Assembly (NCBI RefSeq): GCF_032444005.1
Contig: NC_091290.1
Span: 133,858,001-133,922,000, forward strand
Length of the DNA stretch: 64,000 nucleotides
From: Ranitomeya imitator
Taxonomy: Eukaryota
Reading direction: 5' to 3'
Position numbers and translations under genes: made by a program. Position 1 is the stretch's first letter, and the number at the start of each line of letters is the position of its first letter. The notes under the pieces were generated by a model. That model was not told where the DNA came from and searched no databases. It worked only from the letters and a program-made list of their open reading frames with translations. Shown here in pieces: positions 44,601 to 56,600 of the stretch.

Positions 44601-47600
44601 GGTTATGAAAATTTACAGGGTGATTCCATAATTTTTCCCCCTATGTTGGGGGGCTGCCAAGAGAGGTGGGGAGTTCTCCTTCAGTGGAAGTCTTTACACA
44701 GAGGCTGGACAGACATCTGTCTGAGATGGTTTAGTGAATCCTGTATTGAGCAGAGGGGTTGGACTAGATGACCCTGGAGGTCCCTTCCAAATCTAACATT
44801 CTATGACTATAAAATCTGTCACCAGAATGGCACATTGGTGCTGACATCTATAGGACATGTCAGTATTAAGGTACATAGCTGCAAGGACATCTGTAGGACC
44901 TGTCGCCAGGAATGTACATGGTTTGGTTTGGAAGGTCTGTAACCAGGAAGGCACATGGCTGTGGAACATCTGTAGGATCTGTCACCAGGAAGGCACATGG
45001 CTGTGGGAACCTCTGTAGGATCTGTCACCAGGAAGGCACATGGCTGTGGGAACCTCTGTAGGATCTGTCACCAGGAAGGCTCATGGCTGTGGGAACCTCT
45101 GTAGGATCTGTCACCAGGAAGGCTCATGGCTGTGGGAACCTCTGTAGGATCTGTCATCAGGAAGGCTCATGGCTGTGGGAACCTCTGTAGGATCTGTCAT
45201 CAGGAAGGCTCATGGCTGTGGGAACCTCTGTAGGATCTGTCATCAGGAAGGCACATGGCTGTGGGAACCTCTGTAGGATCTGTCATCAGGAAGGCACATG
45301 GCTGTGGGAACCTCTGTAGGATCTGTCACCAGGAAGGCTCATGGCTGTGGGAACCTCTGTAGGATCTGTCACCAGGAAGGCACATGGCTGTGGGAACCTC
45401 TGTAGGATCTGTCACCAGGAAGGCACATGGCTGTGGGAACCTCTGTAGGATCTGTCACCAGGAAGGCTCATGGCTGTGGGAACCTCTGTAGGATCTCTCA
45501 CCAGGAAGGCTCATGGCTGTGGGAACCTCTGTAGGATCTCTCACCAGGAAGGCTCATGGCTGTGGGAACCTCTGTAGGATCTGTCACCAGGAAGGCTCAT
45601 GGCTGTGGGAACCTCTGTAGGATCTGTCATGATAGGTCATCCACACAGCAGCCCTGCGCACTGACTAGTGGCAGTTGGTGTGTACTGCAGTTTATCACCC
45701 ACTCAAGTGAATAGGATTGGGACACAACCACAACTGAATGTACAAGGTTGTGCCTGGCAAACAATAATAAATTTTTATTTATATATTGCCAACATATTCC
45801 GCAGCATTGTTCAATTCAATAGTTCATATGAAAGTAACAACGTTAAAGATAATACCATAATTAAAGCAAAGATACCGTAATAATGACCCTGCTCGTAAGA
45901 GCTTACAATCTGCAATGAGGTGGGGGGATGGGGGAGACAAAGTACAGGGGCTTATTTACAACTAGATGGTGGCCCGATTCTAACGCATCGGGTATTCTAG
46001 AATATGCATGTCCACGTAGTATATTGCCCGTCCACTTAGTATATTGCCCAGCCATGTGCCTTCCGTAGTATATTGCCCAACCACGTAGTATATTGCCCAG
46101 CCACGTAAGTGACAGGTTTAACAAATAAAAAAGAAACATATACTCACCATCCGAAGAGCCCGCTGTAGTTCCTGCGCTTGTGTGCGGTGCATTCGGCAGC
46201 TTCCGGTCGCAGGATTGGTATGAGAGCAGGACCTGTGATGACGTCGCGGTCACATGACCGTGACGTCATGGAAGGTCCTTCTCCCATAGCATCTTTGAAA
46301 GCAGAACCTGCCGCTTGCAGTGCCGAGGAGAGGATGCGACGGCAGAGGGTGAGAATAACGTTTTTTTTGTTGTTGTTTTTTTTATTATTTTTAACATTCG
46401 ATCATTTTACTATTGATGCTGCATACGCAGCATCAATAGTAAAAAGTTGGTCACACAGGGTTATTAGCTGCGTAACCGGAGTGCGTTACACCGCGCTCCT
46501 GTAACGCTGTCATTAACACTGTGTGAGGGCTGACTGGGGGGGGAGTATGGAGCGGGCACTGACTGACTGTGGGGAAGATAGAGCGGCCATATTGCCGCCG
46601 GACTGCGGCCGTCGCTGATTTGTCATGGCAATGGTCGTGGGCGTTTTGCCACGACCAATCAGCGGCTTGGATTCCATGACGGACAGAGGCCGCAACCAAT
46701 GAATATCTGTGACAGACAGAAAGACGGAAGTGACCCTTAGACAATTATATAGTAGATGATGATCCAGTCATCTTGAGGGAATGGGGGCTAGATAAAGGCT
46801 GCATGAGCTAATCATCAGCCAGTATTTGTAGTGCTTTTGGGTGTAGTGGAGTTTGATGGAACGTGATAGGCCGCTCTAAACAGATGTGTTTTTAGGGAGC
46901 GCCTAAAGCTGTATAAATTGTGTATAGTCCTAATTTCTTGGGGTAGAGCATTCCAGAGGATTGGTGCAACTCGGGAGAAGTCTTGGAGCCAGGAGTGGGA
47001 GGTAGGGATTAGTACGGATGTTAGTTGAAAGTCTCTTGTGGAGTGCAACAATCAATTAGGTCGATAAACAGAAATGAGGGAGGAGATGTAGTGGTGCCGC
47101 ACTGTGGAGAGCTTTGTGGGTGAGAACAATCAGTTTAAATTGGATCCTAAAATGAATGACCGCCACAGAGCGGAGGTGTACAAGTACCGATTAGCTAGAT
47201 GGACAACCCTGGCTGCTGCATTAAGGATAGACTGGAGAGGGGAAAGTCGAGTGAGGGGGAGGCCAATTAATAGAGCGTTGCCGTAGTCCAGGCGGGAGTG
47301 GATCAGGGCGACAGTGAGGGTTTTTGTTGTTTACATGGTGAGAAAAGTGCGGATTCTAGAGATGTTCTTTAGGTGTAAGCGACAGGAGCGGTCAAGAGAT
47401 TGTATATGGGGAAGTGAATGAGAGATCGGTGTTAAACGTAACACCCAAATTTAAAAAACTGACCGTCACTTCCAAACCTAGAATAAGTGTGAACAGGTGC
47501 TGAACCTAGAGTCACCAACTCGTATACAGTCAAATAAATAAGGCAGCACACTGCGGCGCTAAAACATACAAGCATGAAACATGAAAATTGAACTGCATTA

Positions 47601-50600
47601 CTGCACTAGAAATATGAAAAACTAAGAGCGTTTAGCGTATAAATTGGCCAATTCATGTGTACCTGGTAGCCACATTAGGGCAACCCTCGTATACCAGGTC
47701 CTAAATTTGCATTCACTAGCCTTCTGACTGAGCACTCCGCCTCTTAGCCACAGGTGTTTTAATCGCAGCAGGACCATTACCCCTGCGCAGAGAGAAATTT
47801 AGTCTGAGGATTCACAGTAGGTTCCCATTCAGATGAAGACTTTTATTCTCAGCGAGGAAAGGAAAGTTTAGGACCTGGTATACGAGAGATGCCTTAATGT
47901 GTCTACCAGGTACACATGAATTGGCCAATTTATGCGCTAAACGCTCTAATTTTTTTCATATTTCTAGTGCAGTAATGCAGTTCAATTTTCACGTTTGTTT
48001 GTTTTAGCGCCGCAGTGTGCTGCCTTATTTAACCATAACACCCAAACAGCGCGCCTGCTGCTGGGGTGTTATTATGGTGCCGCCCACGGAGAAGGAATTG
48101 TCAGCCTCAGACAATAAAAGTGACAACCCCCTTCAATCACCTAATTGCCATGGTTCTTGAGGTGGGGCCCCCTGATCTAACGTTGATGATTTTTATGGGC
48201 CATTAATTTTTAAAGCCCCTTTTTAACATTGTCCTATTGAAACGATCGATTCGTGACTTACCGGTAACCTCTACTGAACAATAATGAAAACTTGCATTTT
48301 TGGAGATAATGGCGCCATTTGTGAGCCCAAGTATCATGGTTTACCGGTGGCATTACATGCTCCATTTTTGTAGACTGGGGTATATAGGTAAAGCAGAACA
48401 CATGATGGCTCCTGGCCGGACGTGCCCTCGTGTTTGCGGAGTACATGGTTCTATTGCAGCTTTTTGTATGCTTCTGCCCGTATGACTGGAGGTAAATATA
48501 TTTCTTTTCTCCGGGTGTTGGTATATGGTCATATTTAGGTGAAGCTTACTTCATATTGATTTCCTCTGCTTCCGTGACTGCTGTTTGGCTAGCTTTTGCC
48601 CATTAGAACTGACATAGTGGGCACAGGTGGGTCAGATGTCATGTGCCCGGTCTCCGATCTGCTGATTGACAGGTGAGGCTGACAGAAGGACTGTTGCCAT
48701 TGTTACTGTAGTTCTAAGCTTGCCTCCCAACATTTGCAGATATAAAGGGATGGCTGCAGGTATGTGAACTAAATACTGTATGTTGGCCCCCGTGTCTCTG
48801 CTACAGTGCCTGCCATCCCTAAATCATTTCATTTAACCTCTTCATCTGTTCATGCCATATTCACATGGAGGTCAGGCCTGGACCCACTGCTGATCTGATC
48901 CCCAGAGCTAGCCGAATTGTAGGTCTGGGATGATCAGATCAGAAAAGTGCCCGTGTTATGACACTTTTCGACAACTGCAGCTTTTCTGTTATCAAATAGT
49001 AACTTGAAGGATCAAAGGTTGCAGCTCTCGTGCATTATCACTATTGTGCGCTGGCAGTTTTCAGCCTCTTGGATCATGATAAAAGCCGTGTGCCTGACGA
49101 GCGGACTGTCAGCTGTGCTCACTGGTGTCCGGTATCCCGACTTCTTGATTAAATGATCAGAGATTTTGTTGTTTGGTGTGAAAATTACACACTCCATTAA
49201 ACCAATCAAAATTTATTTAAAGGGCATCTGCACATTTTGCATGCTAGATGCAGTCTAGGCTACTTAAACAAGCTCTCATATCAAAGTCTGTATCTTCTTA
49301 ATATTTTGCAGTCATCATATTATATAACGCTGTGTACTTTCAATTACTCATTTTGCCTTTCTACCAGCTAGTTTTTCTTTTCTCTGATCTATGTGGAAAT
49401 TTGATGTCCTGTCACTGCAGAAATCATTCCCCTCTTCAACTTCTGCCCCAATTCTCCATCCATACCCCCTGCCCTGTTCCTGCCTGGGAATTTTGCAGTG
49501 ACTTAATGAGTCATCAGGGAAAATTTCTACATAGAACTTAGAAGGAATCAGCTAGTCAGTTTTTAATTACGTGATGTCATAGACCTTACGGAAAAGAGAA
49601 GAATTATCTTGGTAGAAAGACAAAATGAGCAATTGTAAGTACACAGTGCTATATAATATGATGACTGCAAAATATTAAGAGGATACAGTTTTGTTGGGAG
49701 GAGCAGTGCTTCTTTAATATTCCAAAGGCCACAATTTTCTTATTTTTTTCCATTGATGAATCTCTTAAGGGCTCGTGGGTTGTTTTTTTTGTTTGTTTTT
49801 TTTCTTTTATAATTTTGATTTTCTTTCAGATTTCTCTTGTGCTCACACTCATCATCTACCCTTTTTTCCCTCCTCCTTTTCCGTATTTTACACCCCCTTT
49901 TGGCCCCCACTACCTCATCTTCCTCCCCCTTGGCTACTTCTAAGCCCATTTTTTTTTTATTTTCTCCCTCACTTGAGCCTGTAATGGGCCCAGTCCACTA
50001 CTCCCCAGTCGGCCTTACTTGCCTCTTCAGCCCTTTCGACTTCTCCTGCGCTCCACCACAAACAACCCCTCCATCGTACAACTCTTGGATGAACATAATA
50101 TTCCACTTTATGGTGTTCACAAACCTCCTAATAAAATGCGGAATAATCAGGTGCCCGGCGTGCCAATGTCTCCACCAGTCGACATGTTACCCCTTAGGAC
50201 TATATGCATTACACGTGGCATGCCATTCTCAACAGTCACCACATGAGGGCGCTGTGAGCCTGTCATCTCATTGACAGCCATTTTCCGCACTTGGCACGCG
50301 TTTTTTACCCATGGAATAGTAAAATGCCCAAAGGGAGGGAGGACTGCTGCTTTCCACATGGGGTGAAAAGTTCGTCATGCCATGCCCCGTATCTCACATT
50401 CACACAGCAGTAAATTTTGTGCCTGCGCAACAGACCTCTTGTGACATTAATTAAAGAGATGACACTACAAAACCGAGCCCCGCGTGCCCTGAGCTGCGTT
50501 ATTCTGTTCAGACCTTCTCATTATGAACCTATTATTGGGGTGTGGTACATCAGGCGGTGCTATTGTGTGCGCAAATTGTTATTTACTCGGCCGTGCTTCT

Positions 50601-53600
50601 GTTATGTGTGTATAATGGCCTCAGGATCGTTTCACGATGGTCAGTATTTCTGAATTGGACCGCGGTATAAAATATGTCCAGATATCTGGGTCGGTGGTGG
50701 TGATGGTCCCATAGATCAGACCCCCCCATCAGACTTAAAAACGAGCAGAGTTCCAGGTTTTTGGAGAAAGAGAGCCACTGCAGGTGTCCGAATGTCCTGC
50801 AGCTTCTCTCCTTTCACCATCAGCACAAAATGGAGAGAAAAGGGGCACTGGATGGCGCTTTTATTATGCTGAAAGTTGCTGCCAATACCCCTTGCCAATT
50901 GTCACAATCCCTTCTACTATGAAAGCGATCAATTCAGGTTGTAGAGGACATTAATTGAGGGGTGGGGAGGTCAGATCACGTCAGATTTACTCGCCCTGGG
51001 CTTGGTCATGTGATCTCACATCCAAAACCACTTCCAACTTTCACTGTAATTTTTCTTGCAACATTCTCTTCCCTCCTTCAGGCATCGATACTCATCCCTA
51101 TACTCGTGACCCGCTCAATAAATCTTACATATACGATGGTAATATAGCGTCCCTACGAGAAAACGTCAGATATTGGAGCAGGGTGCGTTTCTCCTTTTTT
51201 TTCAACAGTAGCTCCCATCCCGATCTGTTACAATGTGTCCGTGTAGATGCAATGCAGCAAACCCTCAGCGGTGACTATTAGGCTAGGTTCACACATTGCT
51301 TTTTTTTTTTTTATGCAGTAAAAACCAGATCTCTTACATAGTTACATAGTTATTACATAGTTATTAAGGTTGAAGGAAGACTATATGTCCATCTAGTTCA
51401 ACCCATAGCCTAACCTAACATGCCCTAACATGTTGATCCAGAGGAAGGCAAAAAAAACCCATGTGCAAAGAGTAAGCTCCACATTGGGGAAAAAAATTCC
51501 TTCCCGACTCCACATACGGCAATCAGACTAGTTCCCTGGATCAACGCCCTATCAAGGAATCTAGTGTATATACCCTGTAACATTATACAGGATGTATAAT
51601 GGCAGTAAAAAAAAGCTGAAGATAAAAGTTACGTTTTGCTGCTTTTCTTGCTGCGTTTTCCAGGATCCCAAAGTTCAGCTTTATTTTCCCCTTCCAAGCA
51701 TGAACAATACAAGACATGTGAAACCATAAAACATTTTTGGGAAAAAAGGACAATTAGATCGAATTATTTTGTTGAAACAGTTTTATGTCTGAAAAATAAT
51801 TACTATTCTGAACAAAATAAGTTCATGTGAGTTAAATGCAGATGATACAAAACTATGTAAAGCAGTTAATACAAGAGAAGATAGTATTCTGCTACAGATG
51901 GATCTGGATAAGTTGGAAACTTGGGCTGAAAGGTGGCAGATGAGGTTTAACAATGATAAATGTAAGGTTATACACATGGGAAGAGGGAATCAATATCACC
52001 ATTACACACTGAACGGGAAACCACTGGGTAAATCTGACAGGGAGAAGGACTTGGGGATCCTAGTTAATGATAAACTTACCTGGAGCAGCCAGTGCCAGGC
52101 AGCAGCTGCCAAGGCAAACAGGATCATGGGGTGCATTAAAAGAGGTCTGGATACACATGATGAGAGCATTATACTGCCTCTGTACAAATCCCTAGTTAGA
52201 CCGCACATGGAGTACTGTGTCCAGTTTTGGGCACCGGTGCTCAGGAAGGATATAATGGAACTAGAGAGAGTACAAAGGAGGGCAACAAAATTAATAAAGG
52301 GGATGGGAGAACTACAATACCCAGATAGATTAGCGAAATTAGGATTATTTAGTCTAGAAAAAAGACGACTGAGGGGCGATCTAATAACCATGTATAAGTA
52401 TATAAGGGGACAATACAAATATCTCGCTGAGGATCTGTTTATACCAAGGAAGGTGACGGGCACAAGGGGGCATTCTTTGCGTCTGGAGGAGAGAAGGTTT
52501 TTCCACCAACATAGAAGAGGATTCTTTACTGTTAGGGCAGTGAGAATCTGGAATTGCTTGCCTGAGGAGGTGGTGATGGCGAACTCAGTCGAGGGGTTCA
52601 AGAGAGGCCTGGATGTCTTCCTGGAGCAGAACAATATTGTATCATACAATTATTAGGTTCTGTAGAAGGACGTAGATCTGGGGATTTATTATGACGGAAT
52701 ATAGGCTGAACTGGATGGACAAATGTCTTTTTTCGGCCTTACTAACTATGTTACTATGTTAAATAAATAAATAAATACACACTTGCAAGTGTAAATAAAG
52801 CGGGGGAATGAATTGAATTGGTCGGACTTTAATTTCAAACATATCACTGATTACACAGTACTAATAAGTTCATGTGAGGACACCAAGACCTTATCGAACT
52901 ACCAAGACAGCATATCAAACTACACAGAGAAATTAAGAAAACCTACGGAGTGTATATGCCCATTAAAAAAAAGATTTTTATTATTGAAAATTAATACCTA
53001 CATAAAATAGAAAATCTTAAACGGATGCTACTAGGTGCACATGCATACATGGGCAAATGCAGGAGGTGAAAAACAGGATGCATAATATAGTATAAATATA
53101 TGGTAAACCCCAGGGAGAAGCTTGAATCACAGGGTTAAACTTTCCATAACATGTATGTAGCAAAGGGAGACTTAAACAGCCATATTAAGGCTTACATGCA
53201 GATATCACCTGCTGCCTGCAGCGTTCCCACCGCCCCAACGCACGTTTCGTTAACTCTTCATCAGAAGAAGTGTGAGGCAAAAGGGCGATCTCATAAGAAA
53301 AACCCTGGGATGCCTTGCCGGCGGCGGCTGCTTTCCCTGGCATGATCAGATGGGGTCACTAAGAGCAGAATCTGGGATGGCAGGTGGGGCAGGCAATCGT
53401 TATTCGGAGAGTGACTCTGATGAGGCGCACTATATTGCCTCTTGGTATTTACAGCCATAGTATTACCATTGTATGTCTGACACCATCTGCTGAGAAATAC
53501 TGCACATTTCCCTTTTTTAGCTTGTTTAATTGTGGGTGATAATGGGAGTGGCAATTGAATGATCATATGCAGATGATTCACAGCATTGTGTTCAGATGGT

Positions 53601-56600
53601 ATAAGTTCTCACCGCGGGTGCTGAAAGGAAAACACCAATTACAGGAAATAACTTATTATCTGTGCTTCATTTACTGTAATGATGTGATCAGCTCTGGAAA
53701 AAAATCTGCACCATTCCACTCCTCATAGCTGCGGTATAGTGAATGATCTCCCTATATACCCAGTGTTAGAACTTAAGTTACAGCCTGTTTTATACTCCAG
53801 AGCTGCGCTCACTATTCTGCTGGTGCAGTCACTGTGTACATACATTATATTACTTATCCTGAGTTACATGCTGTATTATACTCCAGAGCTGCACTCACTA
53901 TTCTGCTGGTGCAGTCACTGTGTACATAAATTACATTACCGATCCTGAGTTACATCCTGTATTATACCCCAGAGCTGCACTCACTATTCTGCTGGTGCAG
54001 TCACTGTGTACATACATTACATTACTGATCCTGAGTTACATGCTGTAATGCTGTATTATACCCCAGAGCTGCACTCACTATTCTGCTGGTGCAGTCACTG
54101 TGTACATACATTACATTATTGATCCTGAGTTACATCCTGTATTATACCCCAGAGCTGCACTCACTATTCTGCTGGTGCAGTCACTGTGTACATACATTAC
54201 ATTACTGATCCTGAGTTACATCCTGTATTATACTCCAGAGCTGCACTCACTATTCTGCTGGTGCAGTCAGTGTACATACATTACATTACTGATCCTGAGT
54301 TACATCCTGTATTATACTCCAGAGCTGCACTCACTATTCTGCTGGTGCAGTCACCGTGTATATACATTACATTACTGATCCTGAGTTACATCCAGTATTA
54401 TACCCCAGAGCTGCACTCACTATTCTGCTGGTGCAGTCACTGTGCACATAAATTACATTACTGATCCTGAGTTACATCCTGTATTATAATCCAGAGCTGC
54501 ACTCACTATTCTGCTGGTGCAGTCACTGTGTACATACATTACATTACTGATCCTGAGTTACATCCTGTATTATACCCCAGAGCTGCACTCACTATTCTGC
54601 TGGTGCAGTCACTGTGTACATACATTACATTACTGATCCTGAGTTACATCCTGTATTATACTCCAGAGCTGCACTCACTATTCTGCTGGTGCAGTCACTG
54701 TGTACATACATTACATTACTGATCCTGAGTTACATCCTGTATTATACTCCAGAGCTGCACTCACTATTCTGCTGGTGCAGTCACCGTGTATATACATTAC
54801 ATTACTGATCCTGAGTTACATCCAGTATTATACTCCAGAGCTGCACTCACTATTCTGCTGGTGCAGTCACTGTGTACATACATTACATTACTGATCCTGA
54901 GTTACATCCTGTATTATACCCCAGAGCTGCACTCACTATTCTGCTGGTGCAGTCAGTGTGTACATATATTTGGTACCTGGGCAGTAGGTACTGTAGGCTC
55001 ATCCATATCGTGCCCTTCTGCTGTATGGGGCACAGCTTTTAACCATTCTGATCTAATTGAGCAGAATCTACCAAGAAGCCTCATTAAGGTCCACAATTAA
55101 CTCTGGGAAAGTAATGGGGAGGGGTGACTGGTAGAACCTGATGCTGGAGCCTGGGGGAACGTGTAAGGAATGCTTTCTGTTCCTGGCACTGGGAGATGTG
55201 TATCCTGTGCGGTGTTGAAATATCTCGTCAATGAATGGATTATTATGGATGGTTTTATATTAGGTAAACGTGATTATTAATTACCCCTGTAATTATTAGG
55301 TCTACAACCTGTAATTAAATAACATTGTTACTATGGCTTCTCTACAGTTATCAAAGATTAGAAAAACATCAATTTCTTTTTTTTTCAACAGCGCCTCTCG
55401 TACATGGGCGCTTACTGGTATTTTAGCTCCAACCTGATTGGGTAAGATCTGCGATACCGGACAGTCTAGTAACGTTATGGCCCCAGCTTAATGGAAATGT
55501 TGGGGTGTTAGGAGAGTGATCCTAAATTCCGGTTTGTCACTCCATCCTGTGCACCAGGCTACTTGAAGAGACTTCATTATGGTTCTTCTGCTTGTCTCCC
55601 CAGCATCCAGGAGGAGAGGAAGTCCTGTTCGAACAGGCCGGCGCCGATGCTACCGAGAGCTTTGAAGATGTCGGCCATTCTGTGGATGCACGGGAGATGC
55701 TGAAGCAGTATTACGTAGGAGATCTGCATCCGGTAAGATTGTTATTACACATTATGGTATAAAGTGTTTTGTTTTCTTTACCCAATCACTAATGCCACTT
55801 ATGGCTTGGGTACTTCCAATTTATTAAAAAAAAAAAAAAAAAAAAAATATGGCCACTCGGATGATCGACCCCCCCCCCTAAAAAAAAAAAAAAAAATGCA
55901 GCACGATCACATTGTGTGATCATACCCTGATGGTACAAGACCAAGAAGAAGCCACTAAAGACACTTTGGAAAAACCACGGTGTTCACGTCACATCAATGC
56001 CGGTTTCACACCAAGTACGGATTGCAATGCACCGATTGGCGAACGCCGCAGCCTTATATTACGCCTACGGGGCTGATGTGTTTGGAACCATATTTGTGAA
56101 ACCAGCCGAAGGCTATGTGCACATGTTGGGATTTCCTGCGGATCCGCTGCGTTTTTTGCGGTGCCGAAATGCTGCAGATCAGCAAGTGATTTACAGGACA
56201 GTGTAAATCAATGTGAAAAAAAAAGCTGTGCTGATGGTGCGGAAAATTCAGTGCGGAAACGCTGCTGATTAAAAGAAGTAGCATGTCACTACATTTTTGC
56301 GGATCTGCAGCGTGTTTGTACCCATTCCATTATAGAAATCCGCAGGGGTAAAAAAACGCAGCAAAACCACACAAAAAACGATTTTCTGCCAAGAGATGCA
56401 GAATCCGCACCAGAAATTCCTAAGCCTAATCTGCAACGTGTGCACATAGCCTAAAGCCGTGTTCAAACAATGCGTTATTGCAGCTTTTTTTATTTTAATG
56501 CTAATTTTCAGCTGCGTTTCACAGTTCCAGCTAAGTTAGAGATTTCAGAAATCTGAAAGCAATGTGTAGTGCACAAATACTGCAAAAAACGCATGTATCA

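Larger units (their letters stand above)
45765..48075 (-). mobile_element. L2-like LINE 3' fragment interrupted by two younger insertions
   Basis: Tail GCTGCGGAATATGTTGGCAATATATAAATAAA at ~45765-45810. ORF 46815-47051 gives [20 protein letters not shown]...[10 protein letters not shown], typical of an L2/CR1 RT C-terminus. Confidence 0.8.

Noticed and set aside
52002-52649. 215 aa ORF antisense to the CR1 RT
   Set aside because: Shadow frame of the RT coding strand with no recognisable domain.
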